The notes: generated by a model from the letters alone, not told the origin. DNA of 64,000 bases from Opitutales bacterium (GCA_965197745.1 CBDANS010000007.1:544001-608000); one strand, 5' to 3'; positions 20,573-30,432 are shown, numbered from the stretch's first letter. Numbers and translations are program-made.

Positions 20573-21511
20573 TCAGGGCTTCCAGGTTTTCAGCAACTTG
20601 GCGTATTCCCTGGCCTGACCGACGATATCCACTCCCACTTCATCGGACCATGCCTCAAGCAATCTTTTATAGATGGATCCCGGTTTTCCATCGCCGACGG
20701 GATGAGTATCAAACCGTGTAACCGGGACCATACTGATTGTTGTCGAAGTAGACCAGGCTTCATCTGCGGCGCGCACATCGTAAGGTTCAATATCAGCTTC
20801 ATGGACAGGGATCTCGAGTTTAGTGGCCAGGTCCATGCACATATGGCGTGATACGCCGCGCAGAATGTGATGCGGTTTCGGGGTATATATCTCCCCATCC
20901 TTTGCCATGAAAAAGTTGTTACCAGTTCCCTCCGTTATGAAACCATGTTCATCGGTAAGTAAAGCGCCCGCTGTTTTATCCATTTGATTAGCCTGAAATC
21001 CGGCGATAGCGTAAAAAATCCGACTGCGATTTTTGCACTTTGGATCAATGTAGCGCGAGGGCACAGATTGTTGCGCAGGGACAATTAAATGGGCTCCTTT
21101 CTCATAGGAATCAACCTGGTTTCCGAGGTGGCGAATGAGGGGAATCACATTAATAGAGATGATGGGTTTGGTCCCTTCTTTAATCAGGGTTTCGTAGATG
21201 CCTAACCCCCCTCGAGTGACATCGTGCATGATCTGGAAATCATAGCCCTCGAGCATCGGCAGATTGCGCTCAATCGTTTGATTGGTGGCCTCTTCCATCT
21301 CGTCAATGGTTAAGGGGCAATCGATGTGAGCGTAGCGAATGGATGCATAAAGGCGCTCTAAATGTTCGCGCAGCCTAAAAGGTATCTGATTGAAAGTGCG
21401 TGTCATTTCAAAGACCATATCCCCGACCATCAGGGCACTGTCAAAAATTGATATTCGCGCTTCAATTTCGGGTATGAAGTCACCGTTAAAATAAACTAAT
21501 CGTTGGGACAT
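20573..21511 (-). CDS. Aminotransferase class IV (IlvE/PabC-like)
   Basis: VYFNG, GDMVFE, FRLREHLERL, EGTGNNFF and ILRGVSR. Confidence 0.9.
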   Translation of the reverse strand: MSQRLVYFNGDFIPEIEARISIFDSALMVGDMVFEMTRTFNQIPFRLREHLERLYASIRYAHIDCPLTIDEMEEATNQTIERNLPMLEGYDFQIMHDVTRGGLGIYETLIKEGTKPIISINVIPLIRHLGNQVDSYEKGAHLIVPAQQSVPSRYIDPKCKNRSRIFYAIAGFQANQMDKTAGALLTDEHGFITEGTGNNFFMAKDGEIYTPKPHHILRGVSRHMCMDLATKLEIPVHEADIEPYDVRAADEAWSTSTTISMVPVTRFDTHPVGDGKPGSIYKRLLEAWSDEVGVDIVGQAREYAKLLKTWKP

Positions 21512-21770
21512 ATTTTTCTCCGTTGTGTGTTATGGTTAAGAGTTAAGCAAGGTGCAAGACACATGAACTATCATTGCAACAGCCATTTTGACAATACGGT
21601 TTTTTATTTATTAGAGAATTTAATCAGGTAGAAGTGCCAATAGTTGCCGCGCCATGGTCTGGAAATGCGCAATCTAATTATTTACCCTATAATATTTTTT
21701 AATAGAAGTTTATATAAATTGCTTTTTTGACGGTTAAAGATTATAAAAGAAGCAAAATTAAATAAGAAAA

Positions 21771-22097
21771 GTGAAGGACTATAATCAAATTCGAAGTGAA
21801 CTGGATCACAAGCGTGTAGAAGTTGAGCAACGCCTTAACAAGATTAAAGAGGATAGGCGCCATACAAATAAACCGCTGGACACCAATTTGGAAGAACAGG
21901 CGGTGGAGCGCGAAAATGATGAAGTGCTCGATGCTTTAGACATTACCCTTCGCAAGGAAGTTGAAATGATCAACACCGCCTTGGCGCGGATGGAGCAGGG
22001 AGTTTACGATAAATGCGCACTCTGTGGCATTGTCATTCCGGAGGAAAGGCTTGAGGCGCTTCCCTATACCGATTGCTGTGTCTCCTGCGCTTCTTAA
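21771..22097 (+). CDS. TraR/DksA C4-type zinc-finger protein
   Basis: Coiled coil with EEQAVEREND, and CALCG..IPEERLEALP...CVSCA. Confidence 0.9.
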   Translation: MKDYNQIRSELDHKRVEVEQRLNKIKEDRRHTNKPLDTNLEEQAVERENDEVLDALDITLRKEVEMINTALARMEQGVYDKCALCGIVIPEERLEALPYTDCCVSCAS

Positions 22098-22143
22098 AAA
22101 TCACTTTTGCTGAAATATTCTGGAATTGAAAGGATCGAATACG

Positions 22144-22560
22144 ATGGATCTTAAATCATATAATAAAACCATGCTGGATGCCGTTAAAAAAACCATTCTC
22201 GCCGGAATTGGAGCAACGGTCACGACCAAGGAAAAAGCTGAAGTAGTTCTTAAAGAACTCGTGGATAAAGGTAATATTACCGCTAAAGAAGCTCGGGTGA
22301 TGGGTAATAAAATTGCCAGGGGCAGCAAAAAGGAATTCGAAGAAAGTAAGAAAAAACTGGAGAAACATTATAAGGATGCTCTCAGTACTCTCAGCAAAGC
22401 CAAGGTAGTGTCGAATGCTGAACATGTAGCATTGGAGAAACGGGTGCGATTACTTGAGGCTAAATTGGATGGAAAAAAAACCGGTAAAAAAGCCGCTCGA
22501 AAGAAGAAAGTAATCTCCAAAAAGAAAACCTCGAAGAAAAAGACTAAGAAAAAGAAATAA
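22144..22560 (+). CDS. Phasin (PhaF/PhaI)-like protein with a Lys-rich tail
   Basis: KKTILAGIGA...KEKAE..LKELVDKG.I...EA, LEKRV..LE and a poly-Lys C-terminus. Confidence 0.7.
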   Translation: MDLKSYNKTMLDAVKKTILAGIGATVTTKEKAEVVLKELVDKGNITAKEARVMGNKIARGSKKEFEESKKKLEKHYKDALSTLSKAKVVSNAEHVALEKRVRLLEAKLDGKKTGKKAARKKKVISKKKTSKKKTKKKK

Positions 22561-22646
22561 AAAGGAGCTTCGAGGTTTTAAATCCTGCGCGGATTTTAAT
22601 TAAACCGGGGATGACGCGGATGTAGCGGATGAATTAGGAATTGAAT

Positions 22647-22782
22647 GACCGCGGATTACACGGATTGATATGGATGATATGTTATGGAGTGTAAGATTCG
22701 CGAATAGGCACGCGATTTCGGGGCGACAAATGGACATCCCCCATATCGCCGTCTGAGAAACTTATCCGTGTAATCAGCGGTC
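22647..22782. repeat. 19-bp inverted repeat pair (CGGATTACACGGAT type)
   Basis: GACCGCGGATTACACGGAT (22647-22665) and ATCCGTGTAATCAGCGGTC (22764-22782), with one mismatch. Degenerate GGAT units also occur at about 22605-22630. Confidence 0.7.
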
Positions 22783-22783
22783 C

Positions 22784-23656
22784 TCAGATCTCAACCCCTA
22801 AGAAGGAACGAATGAGATACCCGATGATGAAACTGATCATTGCTACGATAAGACTCAGTCCAGCCATTTCAAAAAAACGTTTTTTAAACGACACCTCGTT
22901 TACCACGGAGATATAGTAATTAAAAATGGCGATAATGAAAAATGCCAGAACTAAGGTAGAAGCTAAACAGAGGTATAAGTTTTCCATAAGAAGATAGGGG
23001 AGAATAAGGATAAATACGGTTACAATATAAGCAATTCCTGTATATATTGAGGCGGTCACCGGATTCCTTGTACTACCTTCAGTCTTTTTGGAGAGATACT
23101 CCGATGCTCCCATGGACATGGCTGCAGCAATGCCCATGATCAATCCGGCCAGGGCGATAAGTTTGGTGTTTTGAAATGCCAGGGTCAGACCCGCTAAGGC
23201 TCCCGTTAATTCTACGAGTGCGTCATTGAGACCTAATACCATAGAACCTAAATAGCGAAGCCGTTCTTCCTCCAGGAGCGTGATCAATTCATTCTCATGA
23301 TCATTTTCATCCTGAATCATGGCGTCCACTTCTTGAAACTTCTCGCGCAAATGTTCATAGCTATCTATTGCGCGCACTTCCTCTTTCTCCATGAGCTTGA
23401 TGCCAAATGTCATCCCGAATATTTTGCTGATTATAAAATATTTCCATAGTTTCAGTTTATCAGGTTTAACCTCCTGCCGGGTATATGACTGCCAATCCTG
23501 GTAGTGGCGCAGTTCGTCATCCGCTATCTTTTCTAAAATACGTCGATTTTCAGGAGATTTGGCGCTAATTGCCAATCGCTTGTAAACATGGTGTTCGGTA
23601 ATTTCATCTCTCTGGTAAACCAGCAGCTTTTCAAGGGTATTCTCACTTATATTCAT
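22784..23656 (-). CDS. Rubrerythrin/ferritin-like plus VIT1/CCC1 fusion (MbfA-like iron transporter)
   Basis: Di-iron-type motifs DEITEH, DELRH and DENDHE, then VLGLNDALVE, AMSMGASEYLS and transmembrane helices. Confidence 0.88.
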   Translation of the reverse strand: MNISENTLEKLLVYQRDEITEHHVYKRLAISAKSPENRRILEKIADDELRHYQDWQSYTRQEVKPDKLKLWKYFIISKIFGMTFGIKLMEKEEVRAIDSYEHLREKFQEVDAMIQDENDHENELITLLEEERLRYLGSMVLGLNDALVELTGALAGLTLAFQNTKLIALAGLIMGIAAAMSMGASEYLSKKTEGSTRNPVTASIYTGIAYIVTVFILILPYLLMENLYLCLASTLVLAFFIIAIFNYYISVVNEVSFKKRFFEMAGLSLIVAMISFIIGYLIRSFLGVEI

Positions 23657-23835
23657 TATTTGCGCCTAATATGTATATCTACAATAGACGAAGCAATGAA
23701 TAAGGCAATATGCCGTGAATGAATATGGCTTAAGTTACACCAGTGGGAATTAACTCCCAATAAACTTTATTGAATGCCCTCATTAAATAGTGAAAGATAG
23801 CATTCGGCCCTTATGGGCTGTACGGGTCTTGATTT

Positions 23836-24312
23836 TCAAAGCGAATGCAGGGCTACCCCAATTTTTTTTAAAGGGCAGTAATGGTCAGCGTCGTTCTGAC
23901 AGCAGGTATCGATTTCTTCGTGTATGAGACGGACAAGGGCATTTTCCACGAATTTTTTTCCTACCGATTGTTCTATATCGGATAATTTATCAACATGAAA
24001 ATCATCTGCATCTAATACCTCAAATATTGCCATTACCCCTGACCGGTACAACTCGGCACACGCATATTTTCCAGGTTCACAGGACAAGGTGTAGTCGATG
24101 AACTCGGTTAATGGTGGGCGATCTTTGGCGGGCTTATTATTCAGCAGCAACAGGCCTAAAAGTTCTTCAAACAGGGCTTGGAGATAATCAAAAGAAATCT
24201 CTCCATGGGTCTTATCTGTATTACTGAAAGGTAAGTCTATTTCCGTAAACCAGTTCTCAAGTATAAGATCTTTATTTTGTAATAATAATCTGACTAGTTT
24301 CCTGTTCATCAA
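23836..24312 (-). CDS. Hypothetical helical Cys-containing protein with an RsbRD-N-like N-terminus
   Basis: LLLQNKDLILENW pattern. It is a paralogue of 24348-24821. Confidence 0.65.
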   Translation of the reverse strand: MMNRKLVRLLLQNKDLILENWFTEIDLPFSNTDKTHGEISFDYLQALFEELLGLLLLNNKPAKDRPPLTEFIDYTLSCEPGKYACAELYRSGVMAIFEVLDADDFHVDKLSDIEQSVGKKFVENALVRLIHEEIDTCCQNDADHYCPLKKIGVALHSL

Positions 24313-24347
24313 GTATTTTGAGAAATTTACTTAAATTAACACTTTTC

Positions 24348-24821
24348 TTAGTTATTCACAACGAAGGTAATAGAGGATCTATTGTTTAAGTTAAGATCAC
24401 TCAATGAATGAGTTTCTCTTTGAATAATAATATTCATAGCTTCGATTATCCTCTGATTATATAAATTAATTTCTTTATCAGTGTAATATTCATAAGGGCG
24501 TTCTACTTTCTTTAATATATCCTGGAATGATTTTAAACCCGCCACATAGAGTATGTTGCATACATCTTTATCGGGGTCATTTGAAGTTTTCTTATTGATA
24601 TAATGACAAAGCGGACGTCGGAATGGGCTACTTGTCCAGGCTTTGCCATTCAAATCGTGGAGCATGGCTATAATTTCATTGAAAGTGTCCTCCAATAAAT
24701 CGCGATAAACAGATTCCGTTCTTAAAGGACCACTCTCAGGATTTGACTCAAGATTGCGTCTCCACCTCATGATAATTCGTCTTTTGTTTTCAATCAGATA
24801 ACTGCATAAATTGAGTTTCAT
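24348..24821 (-). CDS. Hypothetical helical Cys-containing protein with an RsbRD-N-like N-terminus
   Basis: YLIENKRRIIMRW pattern. It shares C-x2-LY-x2-G...D-x-E...A-x4-I-x2-E with its neighbour. Confidence 0.65.
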   Translation of the reverse strand: MKLNLCSYLIENKRRIIMRWRRNLESNPESGPLRTESVYRDLLEDTFNEIIAMLHDLNGKAWTSSPFRRPLCHYINKKTSNDPDKDVCNILYVAGLKSFQDILKKVERPYEYYTDKEINLYNQRIIEAMNIIIQRETHSLSDLNLNNRSSITFVVNN

Positions 24822-24849
24822 GGATTAATCATAGGCTTAACTGATCGTT

Positions 24850-24891
24850 TTCGCTCCGCAAGCGTTCGCCATATTTATGCATATTTTGTCC
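24850..24891 (-). promoter_or_regulatory. Putative tandem AraC-type operator, copy 1
   Basis: GGACAAAATATGCATAAATATGGCGAACGCTTGCGGAGCGAA. It is 29/42 identical without gaps to 30352-30393, and a TATGAT -10-like hexamer lies at 24833-24828. Confidence 0.6.
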
Positions 24892-25071
24892 TCATCATCG
24901 TTTGTTTCAAAAATCTCAGTAGGGGACATAAAGTGAGAGATAAGATGCGTTTATTAAATTAGTTAACCCTTGAATTTACATATGGAATTCGATAAATTCA
25001 CTTAATGTTCTGGCTAAGGTAATAAATGATTATCCCTTTATTTAATACGGGGATATCCGGTAAAGGTATCA

Positions 25072-25983
25072 ATGATTTCGAAGTTCAACTCAGAACGGTC
25101 TTCATTAAAACGAAGCCGGGAAATAGTTAAACGTTTATCGCGGTCAAAAATATACCGTGATTATGAGAAAGCCTTTACTGAAGCTACGGGCTTACCCTTG
25201 GCAATACGGCCGATGGAGACCTTTCAATTAGCGCTGAGTGGTAAGAAGGAAGAGAATTTATTTTGCGCATTAATGGCGGACAGCAATAAAAGCTGTGCGC
25301 AGTGTTTACAAATACAGGCCAAGCTGGAGCAGGAAGCGCAGATTAAACCAAAGACGCTGAAATGTTTTGCCGGTCTCTGTGATTCCATCGCTCCCATTCG
25401 AGTAGGCGATAACCTCATCGCCTTTTTACAGACAGGGCAGGTTCTTCTGCATCAACCAAACAAGCTGGAGTTCAATAAAATCACGCGCCAGCTTTTATCC
25501 TGGGGAACAAAGGTTGATCTCAAGCGGTTAGAAGAGGCCTACTTTCAATCTCATGTTCTGCCCCCAAAACAATACGAGGCATTTATCCATTTATTGTCTA
25601 CCTTTGCCGAACATCTCGCGGCAATCAGTAATAAACTTATGGTTGAAGAGGAACATGCTGAACCTGAAATGATTATTAAAGCCCGCCGATATATTACGGA
25701 TCATTACGAAACACCGCTCTCTCTGGGGGACGCTGCGCGTGCGGTTAATACAAGTGTGCATTATTTCTGCAAGATGTTCAAACAGGCTACGGGTATAACA
25801 TTCACCGATTATCTCACTCGCATTCGGGTCGAAAAAGCTAAAAATCTACTTATTAATCCTAACAAGCGGATAAGCGAAGTCGCATTTGATGTAGGCTTTG
25901 AATCGCTCTCTCAGTTTAATCGTTCGTTTAAGCGAATTACCGGTAAGTCACCAACCGATTATCGGAAGAATGTGAATCATTAA
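25072..25983 (+). CDS. AraC-family regulator with an N-terminal PocR sensory domain
   Basis: FTEATGLP, FC...C..C and CFAGL....API in the PocR part, plus a C-terminal AraC HTH (ISEVAFDVGFESLSQFNRSFKRITGKSPTDYR). Confidence 0.92.
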   Translation: MISKFNSERSSLKRSREIVKRLSRSKIYRDYEKAFTEATGLPLAIRPMETFQLALSGKKEENLFCALMADSNKSCAQCLQIQAKLEQEAQIKPKTLKCFAGLCDSIAPIRVGDNLIAFLQTGQVLLHQPNKLEFNKITRQLLSWGTKVDLKRLEEAYFQSHVLPPKQYEAFIHLLSTFAEHLAAISNKLMVEEEHAEPEMIIKARRYITDHYETPLSLGDAARAVNTSVHYFCKMFKQATGITFTDYLTRIRVEKAKNLLINPNKRISEVAFDVGFESLSQFNRSFKRITGKSPTDYRKNVNH

Positions 25984-26028
25984 TCTTATAATTGATTAAA
26001 TGATAGGATTTGAAAACGGATTGCAGAA

Positions 26029-27273
26029 TTAAAAGCTGTAAACTGATTGCAACCAGAATTTCTCCTGGTCGGCAAATATGCCATCACTATAGAAAAAGGC
26101 ATATTTGGCCAGGACCGACCAATGCTTATCGATTTTTTTAGAGATTACGGCATCGATTTCATTGCCATAATCTGTGTCCCCTTGATCAGAATTAAACCAG
26201 TGATAAACCGCTTTGACTGAGATGTTCTTAGCGAGGGAGATCCCGGCTGCGAAATAAATGTCTTCCAGTCCTTGTGGCGGGGTATTCAGAAATACATCAG
26301 CCCATCCATTATAGGCATGCAAAGTCGCCAGTGGGGTGCGAAATCCCTGATCGTTATCACTACCCAAAAGTTCATAACCGCCGCCAATGCTGAATTTCTG
26401 GTATAAACACGTTGCATTGAAGGAATAGTAATTTGCTTCGTAGTCAGCGGGGTTTTCACCGCCGTCTCTTTGATGCGCAAACTCACCGTGTAATGTAATT
26501 TTTGTATTTTCCTGTATTTTAATTGTTCGATCAAGGCTCGCTCCAATAGTGTTGCCTGAATTAGCAGGGGCATTCTCTAGATCTAAAAGGTATGCGTAGA
26601 GTGTTACCCTGGCATCGCGCAGACCCGCGTATGCCACATTAACGAGGTGTGAACTTGACGAAAATTCACGGTGACTATCGAGCGGGGCGTCATGACCAAA
26701 GATACGATGCACTTTATTAATGAATCCGTAGTAAAGAGTCAGATCGGACAGGTTCTGGTTTTTAAAGGTAACAGCATCGTAGGTCTGCTCATTCTGACGC
26801 CAACCGACGTTTCCAATGAAACGATCTTTGTCCAGTTTGATGCGTTGGCGGCCAATAATTGCCTCTGTCTTGAAACCCGATAGGTTTAACTGGGCTCGAT
26901 TCAACTCAGTTCCCTCGGGATCAGCAATCACCGTTCTGCCAGGCCGAGGGTAGGGGTTGAAGTTACCCTCTGATCCAATCACGCGAACATCCTCCATTTC
27001 TACTAAAGCAGAAATTCCATATATAGTCCCGGTTTTAAAGCCCAGTCGCGTCCGCAGTGTCACAGCGTTAGAATCATCGCGACCACCCTGATTCGCATAT
27101 TCATAGCGGGGGCGGACATTCAGAAGAATTTTGCTCTCCTTTATTAAAGTAGGAAATGTTTCTTTCTTGAAAATCTGGCTTGGGTCTAAGCCTTCTTCAG
27201 CGTTACTATGGAATACGAATAATCCCGATAAAACTATAAAAAATGAGGCGATGAATTTGTTTAATATATTCAA
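26029..27273 (-). CDS. Alginate-export-family outer-membrane beta-barrel
   Basis: Signal peptide, RPRYE, GRQRI.LD..RFIGNVGWRQNEQTYD, FRTPLATLHAYNGWADVF and a C-terminal Phe. Confidence 0.85.
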   Translation of the reverse strand: MNILNKFIASFFIVLSGLFVFHSNAEEGLDPSQIFKKETFPTLIKESKILLNVRPRYEYANQGGRDDSNAVTLRTRLGFKTGTIYGISALVEMEDVRVIGSEGNFNPYPRPGRTVIADPEGTELNRAQLNLSGFKTEAIIGRQRIKLDKDRFIGNVGWRQNEQTYDAVTFKNQNLSDLTLYYGFINKVHRIFGHDAPLDSHREFSSSSHLVNVAYAGLRDARVTLYAYLLDLENAPANSGNTIGASLDRTIKIQENTKITLHGEFAHQRDGGENPADYEANYYSFNATCLYQKFSIGGGYELLGSDNDQGFRTPLATLHAYNGWADVFLNTPPQGLEDIYFAAGISLAKNISVKAVYHWFNSDQGDTDYGNEIDAVISKKIDKHWSVLAKYAFFYSDGIFADQEKFWLQSVYSF

Positions 27274-27299
27274 TCGTAAAGATTTATTTATTAACAGAT

Positions 27300-28004
27300 T
27301 TACTTTTGCTTTATGGAAAAGAGATTAGCAGCGATAGCTTTTTTTATTGTCTCAATTGTTTTAGAGGGATCAGTACCGAGTCCATTTTGTTGTGAAAGAA
27401 TTTCTCCCTCTTGATTGAGAACAGAAATAATGTTTGAATGAGAAAAATCGCCCGTTGAGGTTTTCTTATAGCGTACTCCCAGCAAATTCGCTGCTTCCAT
27501 AACATCCTGATCATTACCATGCATTAATGTCCATTGATGAGAATTCAGCTCCATTTTTATGCTGTATTTCTTTAATTTTTCAGGAGTATCTCTATCCGGA
27601 TCCATGGAAATTAAGACAAATCCTACCTTTTGTTTTTCGTTTTCCGGAATGAGCGACTCGATTCGTTTCATATCAGATACGATGCGGGGACAGGCATACT
27701 GACAGCTTGTATATATTATAGATAAAACCTGTACGCGCCCCCTGAGCTCCCCGAAAGCCATCTTCTCTCCATCCTCGTTTAACCAGGTGGATTCAACCTG
27801 GTAAATGGATCCATCGGTATAATTATTCGTTCCCTCTAATGCCATGTTCTCTAATGGTTGTGTTGTATGATCATGAGGATTATTAACTATTTCTTTTTTC
27901 TCTGTATGAGGATGTTGAGATTGTAGAGCAGTACCCGATGAAGAAATGACAATCAGGCATAAGAGTATAAGGTTAGTTAAATACTTTATGACATTAATCT
28001 TCAC
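27300..28004 (-). CDS. SCO-family copper chaperone
   Basis: YTSCQYACP (CxxxC), DPDRDTP and FSHSN. Confidence 0.92.
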   Translation of the reverse strand: MKINVIKYLTNLILLCLIVISSSGTALQSQHPHTEKKEIVNNPHDHTTQPLENMALEGTNNYTDGSIYQVESTWLNEDGEKMAFGELRGRVQVLSIIYTSCQYACPRIVSDMKRIESLIPENEKQKVGFVLISMDPDRDTPEKLKKYSIKMELNSHQWTLMHGNDQDVMEAANLLGVRYKKTSTGDFSHSNIISVLNQEGEILSQQNGLGTDPSKTIETIKKAIAANLFSIKQK

Positions 28005-28804
28005 TTTTGTTCATTTATCTCAGGTTTAATATCTCTTGCACACCTGAACCCAAGATTGGCTATCGTGTAGTGTGCTTTCAGACTGCTTCGGAAACCGTAG
28101 CGCATAAAGGCTGCATAGTCTTTAAAATCTGAAGCGCCGATAGATGCGCTACCACAATAAAATTGGCGGTCTAATCCTGAATCTGCTCTTGATTCTCCCG
28201 TCACCAGTGCGGTGTTGAAATCAGCAACCCACTCCCAGATTAATCCATGTAGATCATATAGCCCCCAATAATTTTTAAATGTTGAGCCCACTGAAGGAAA
28301 TTTTACGGGGGTGGGTTTGCTATACCAGTTAAGGATGCGCTGAAGAAATTCAGGATCATTACGACCATAGGGCTGCATCTCACTTGCTGCAGCTACATAT
28401 TCCCACTCCGCTAAGGTCGGTAGGCGTTTCCCTTTCCACTTAGCGTATGCTCTTGCGGCATACCATGAAATGCAGGTGACCGGGCTGTTCTTTATTAAAT
28501 TTTTTTCATCGCCCAGTTCCAGATCGCCAGGCCAATGCTGCAAATAAGTATTATCAGCAAATATTTTCTTTATCTGCGATCGTCTCCATTGAGGATTGAC
28601 TTTAACAAATTCCAAGAATTCGGAATTTGTAACTGGATATCTATCGATTAAAAAAGCACCTACACTTATTATATCGGGATCATTTTCACTGGTATAAAGT
28701 GGGGAAAATGTGCCATCGAGAATATAGACTAATGAATCCGTTTCCTGACCGGAAGTGATTGAAATCAGGAGTAGTAAGCTGACATATCCATTATGCCATA
28801 TCAT
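28001..28804 (-). CDS. FGE-sulfatase domain protein, NirV-like
   Basis: PVTNSEF, RLPTLAEWEY, GLYDLHGLIWEW and LGFRC, directly downstream of nirK. Confidence 0.88.
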   Translation of the reverse strand: MIWHNGYVSLLLLISITSGQETDSLVYILDGTFSPLYTSENDPDIISVGAFLIDRYPVTNSEFLEFVKVNPQWRRSQIKKIFADNTYLQHWPGDLELGDEKNLIKNSPVTCISWYAARAYAKWKGKRLPTLAEWEYVAAASEMQPYGRNDPEFLQRILNWYSKPTPVKFPSVGSTFKNYWGLYDLHGLIWEWVADFNTALVTGESRADSGLDRQFYCGSASIGASDFKDYAAFMRYGFRSSLKAHYTIANLGFRCARDIKPEINEQK

Positions 28805-28837
28805 GTATTTATGATATTTTTTAATTAGATACTATTA

Positions 28838-30289
28838 TTAGTTTGCTAAAGGAGAGCGCAATGCCTGCACATCAGAAGGTTTAACATTACCGAATTCGTT
28901 TCCCCAACTATTCATAATGTAGGTCATGACATTGGCAATTTCCTGGTCGCTTAACAGAACTTTTGGCATGACTCCATCATACGCTATGCCGTTAACCTTT
29001 ATTTTTCCACTTAAGCCATTCAAAACTGAATCAATCGCTCGAGAGATATCTTTTTCCAGGAAATCGGAATCAGCCAATGGTGGAAAAGCACCGGGGATTC
29101 CCAACCCGTTAGGCTGATGGCAAGCTGCGCAATTTTGTATGTAGGTACGACTGCCAATTTCTATCTTCTCAGCTATTGAGAGGATTTTTGATTCCTGTAG
29201 TGATTCTTCGATAGCAATTTTCTGAATCGCCCCACCTTCTGGCAGATAAACCTCCTCTGCTTGACGTCCGGAGTAAATATCAAGATTTTCTTCGCCGCTC
29301 ACCTTTAACATTCCTAGCGCACCCTTGTTGAAAGCCCTGAAAATAGAATGATCAACCAGGATATAGGTGCCGGGAACATTTACCTTGAATTCTACAATAG
29401 CTGATCCTCCTGCAGGAACAAGTGTCGATTGGACATTTTCCTGATTAGGTAAAGTACCACCTTCCGTATAGACGATGTCAAAAATTTCACCAATGACATG
29501 AAAGGAGGATACGAGATTGGGTCCCCCATTACCGATATATAAACGTACCGTTTCACCAACTTCTGCGATGATAGCGTTATCACCTACGAGCGACCCAACA
29601 GAACCATTAAAGACAACGTATTCTGGTCGTTCATCCAGGGCTTTTTGCATATCAAAGGGTTGTAATCCATCTTCTCCATAGTTTCCTCGCGTGTAGAATT
29701 CACTTTGCATGATATAATATTCACGGTCTACAGTCGGAAATCCTTCTTCAGGTTCGACAAGGATTAATCCATACATTCCATTTGCGATGTGCATACCAAC
29801 AGGCGCAGTCGCGCAATGATAGACAAAAAGACCAGGGTTAATTGCCTTAAACGAAAACACTGATGCTTTGCCCGGAGCTGTAAAAGATGAAGTTGCTCCA
29901 CCTCCGGGCCCTGTCACGGCATGCAAATCGATATTATGGGGCATTTTACTTGTGGGATGATTCTTAAGATGAAATTCAACGAAATCGCCTATACGGACAC
30001 GGATGAATTTTCCTGGTACCCGTCCTCCAAAAGTCCAGAAAGTGTATGTCACACCATCAGCCAGTCTACCTTCCAATTCTAGTGTCTCCAACTGGATGAC
30101 AACTTTTGCTGGATGGTCTCTATTAATCGGAGGAGGAACATGGGGGGAATAGCTAAGATTTACTGTTTCCGTCCCGTCTTGTTCCCTGGGATATGTAGGT
30201 GAGGCAAACAGAGAGATTAGTATTATTCCCATGAGGAAATGACGGATTAATTTTATATAATTAATTTGAATGGTAAGGGCCGCTATCAT
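28838..30289 (-). CDS. nirK: Copper-containing nitrite reductase with a fused C-terminal cytochrome c
   Basis: HNIDLHA, YHCA...[19 protein letters not shown] and the haem motif CAACH. Confidence 0.95.
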   Translation of the reverse strand: MIAALTIQINYIKLIRHFLMGIILISLFASPTYPREQDGTETVNLSYSPHVPPPINRDHPAKVVIQLETLELEGRLADGVTYTFWTFGGRVPGKFIRVRIGDFVEFHLKNHPTSKMPHNIDLHAVTGPGGGATSSFTAPGKASVFSFKAINPGLFVYHCATAPVGMHIANGMYGLILVEPEEGFPTVDREYYIMQSEFYTRGNYGEDGLQPFDMQKALDERPEYVVFNGSVGSLVGDNAIIAEVGETVRLYIGNGGPNLVSSFHVIGEIFDIVYTEGGTLPNQENVQSTLVPAGGSAIVEFKVNVPGTYILVDHSIFRAFNKGALGMLKVSGEENLDIYSGRQAEEVYLPEGGAIQKIAIEESLQESKILSIAEKIEIGSRTYIQNCAACHQPNGLGIPGAFPPLADSDFLEKDISRAIDSVLNGLSGKIKVNGIAYDGVMPKVLLSDQEIANVMTYIMNSWGNEFGNVKPSDVQALRSPLAN

Positions 30290-30351
30290 TTCAAGTAATA
30301 CATATTTATTGGTTTATATTTATCAAAATACTATCTCAGAAATCATGAATC

Positions 30352-30393
30352 TCCGCTACGCATACTTTCACAAATATTAAGCAAATATTGTCC
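30352..30393 (-). promoter_or_regulatory. Putative tandem AraC-type operator, copy 2 (nirK promoter)
   Basis: GGACAATATTTGCTTAATATTTGTGAAAGTATGCGTAGCGGA, with half-sites GnnAAnnnnTGC spaced 21 bp apart. Confidence 0.6.
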
Positions 30394-30432
30394 CTCTATC
30401 TTTAATGGGTTATAGACTCTGAAAATTGTTAA

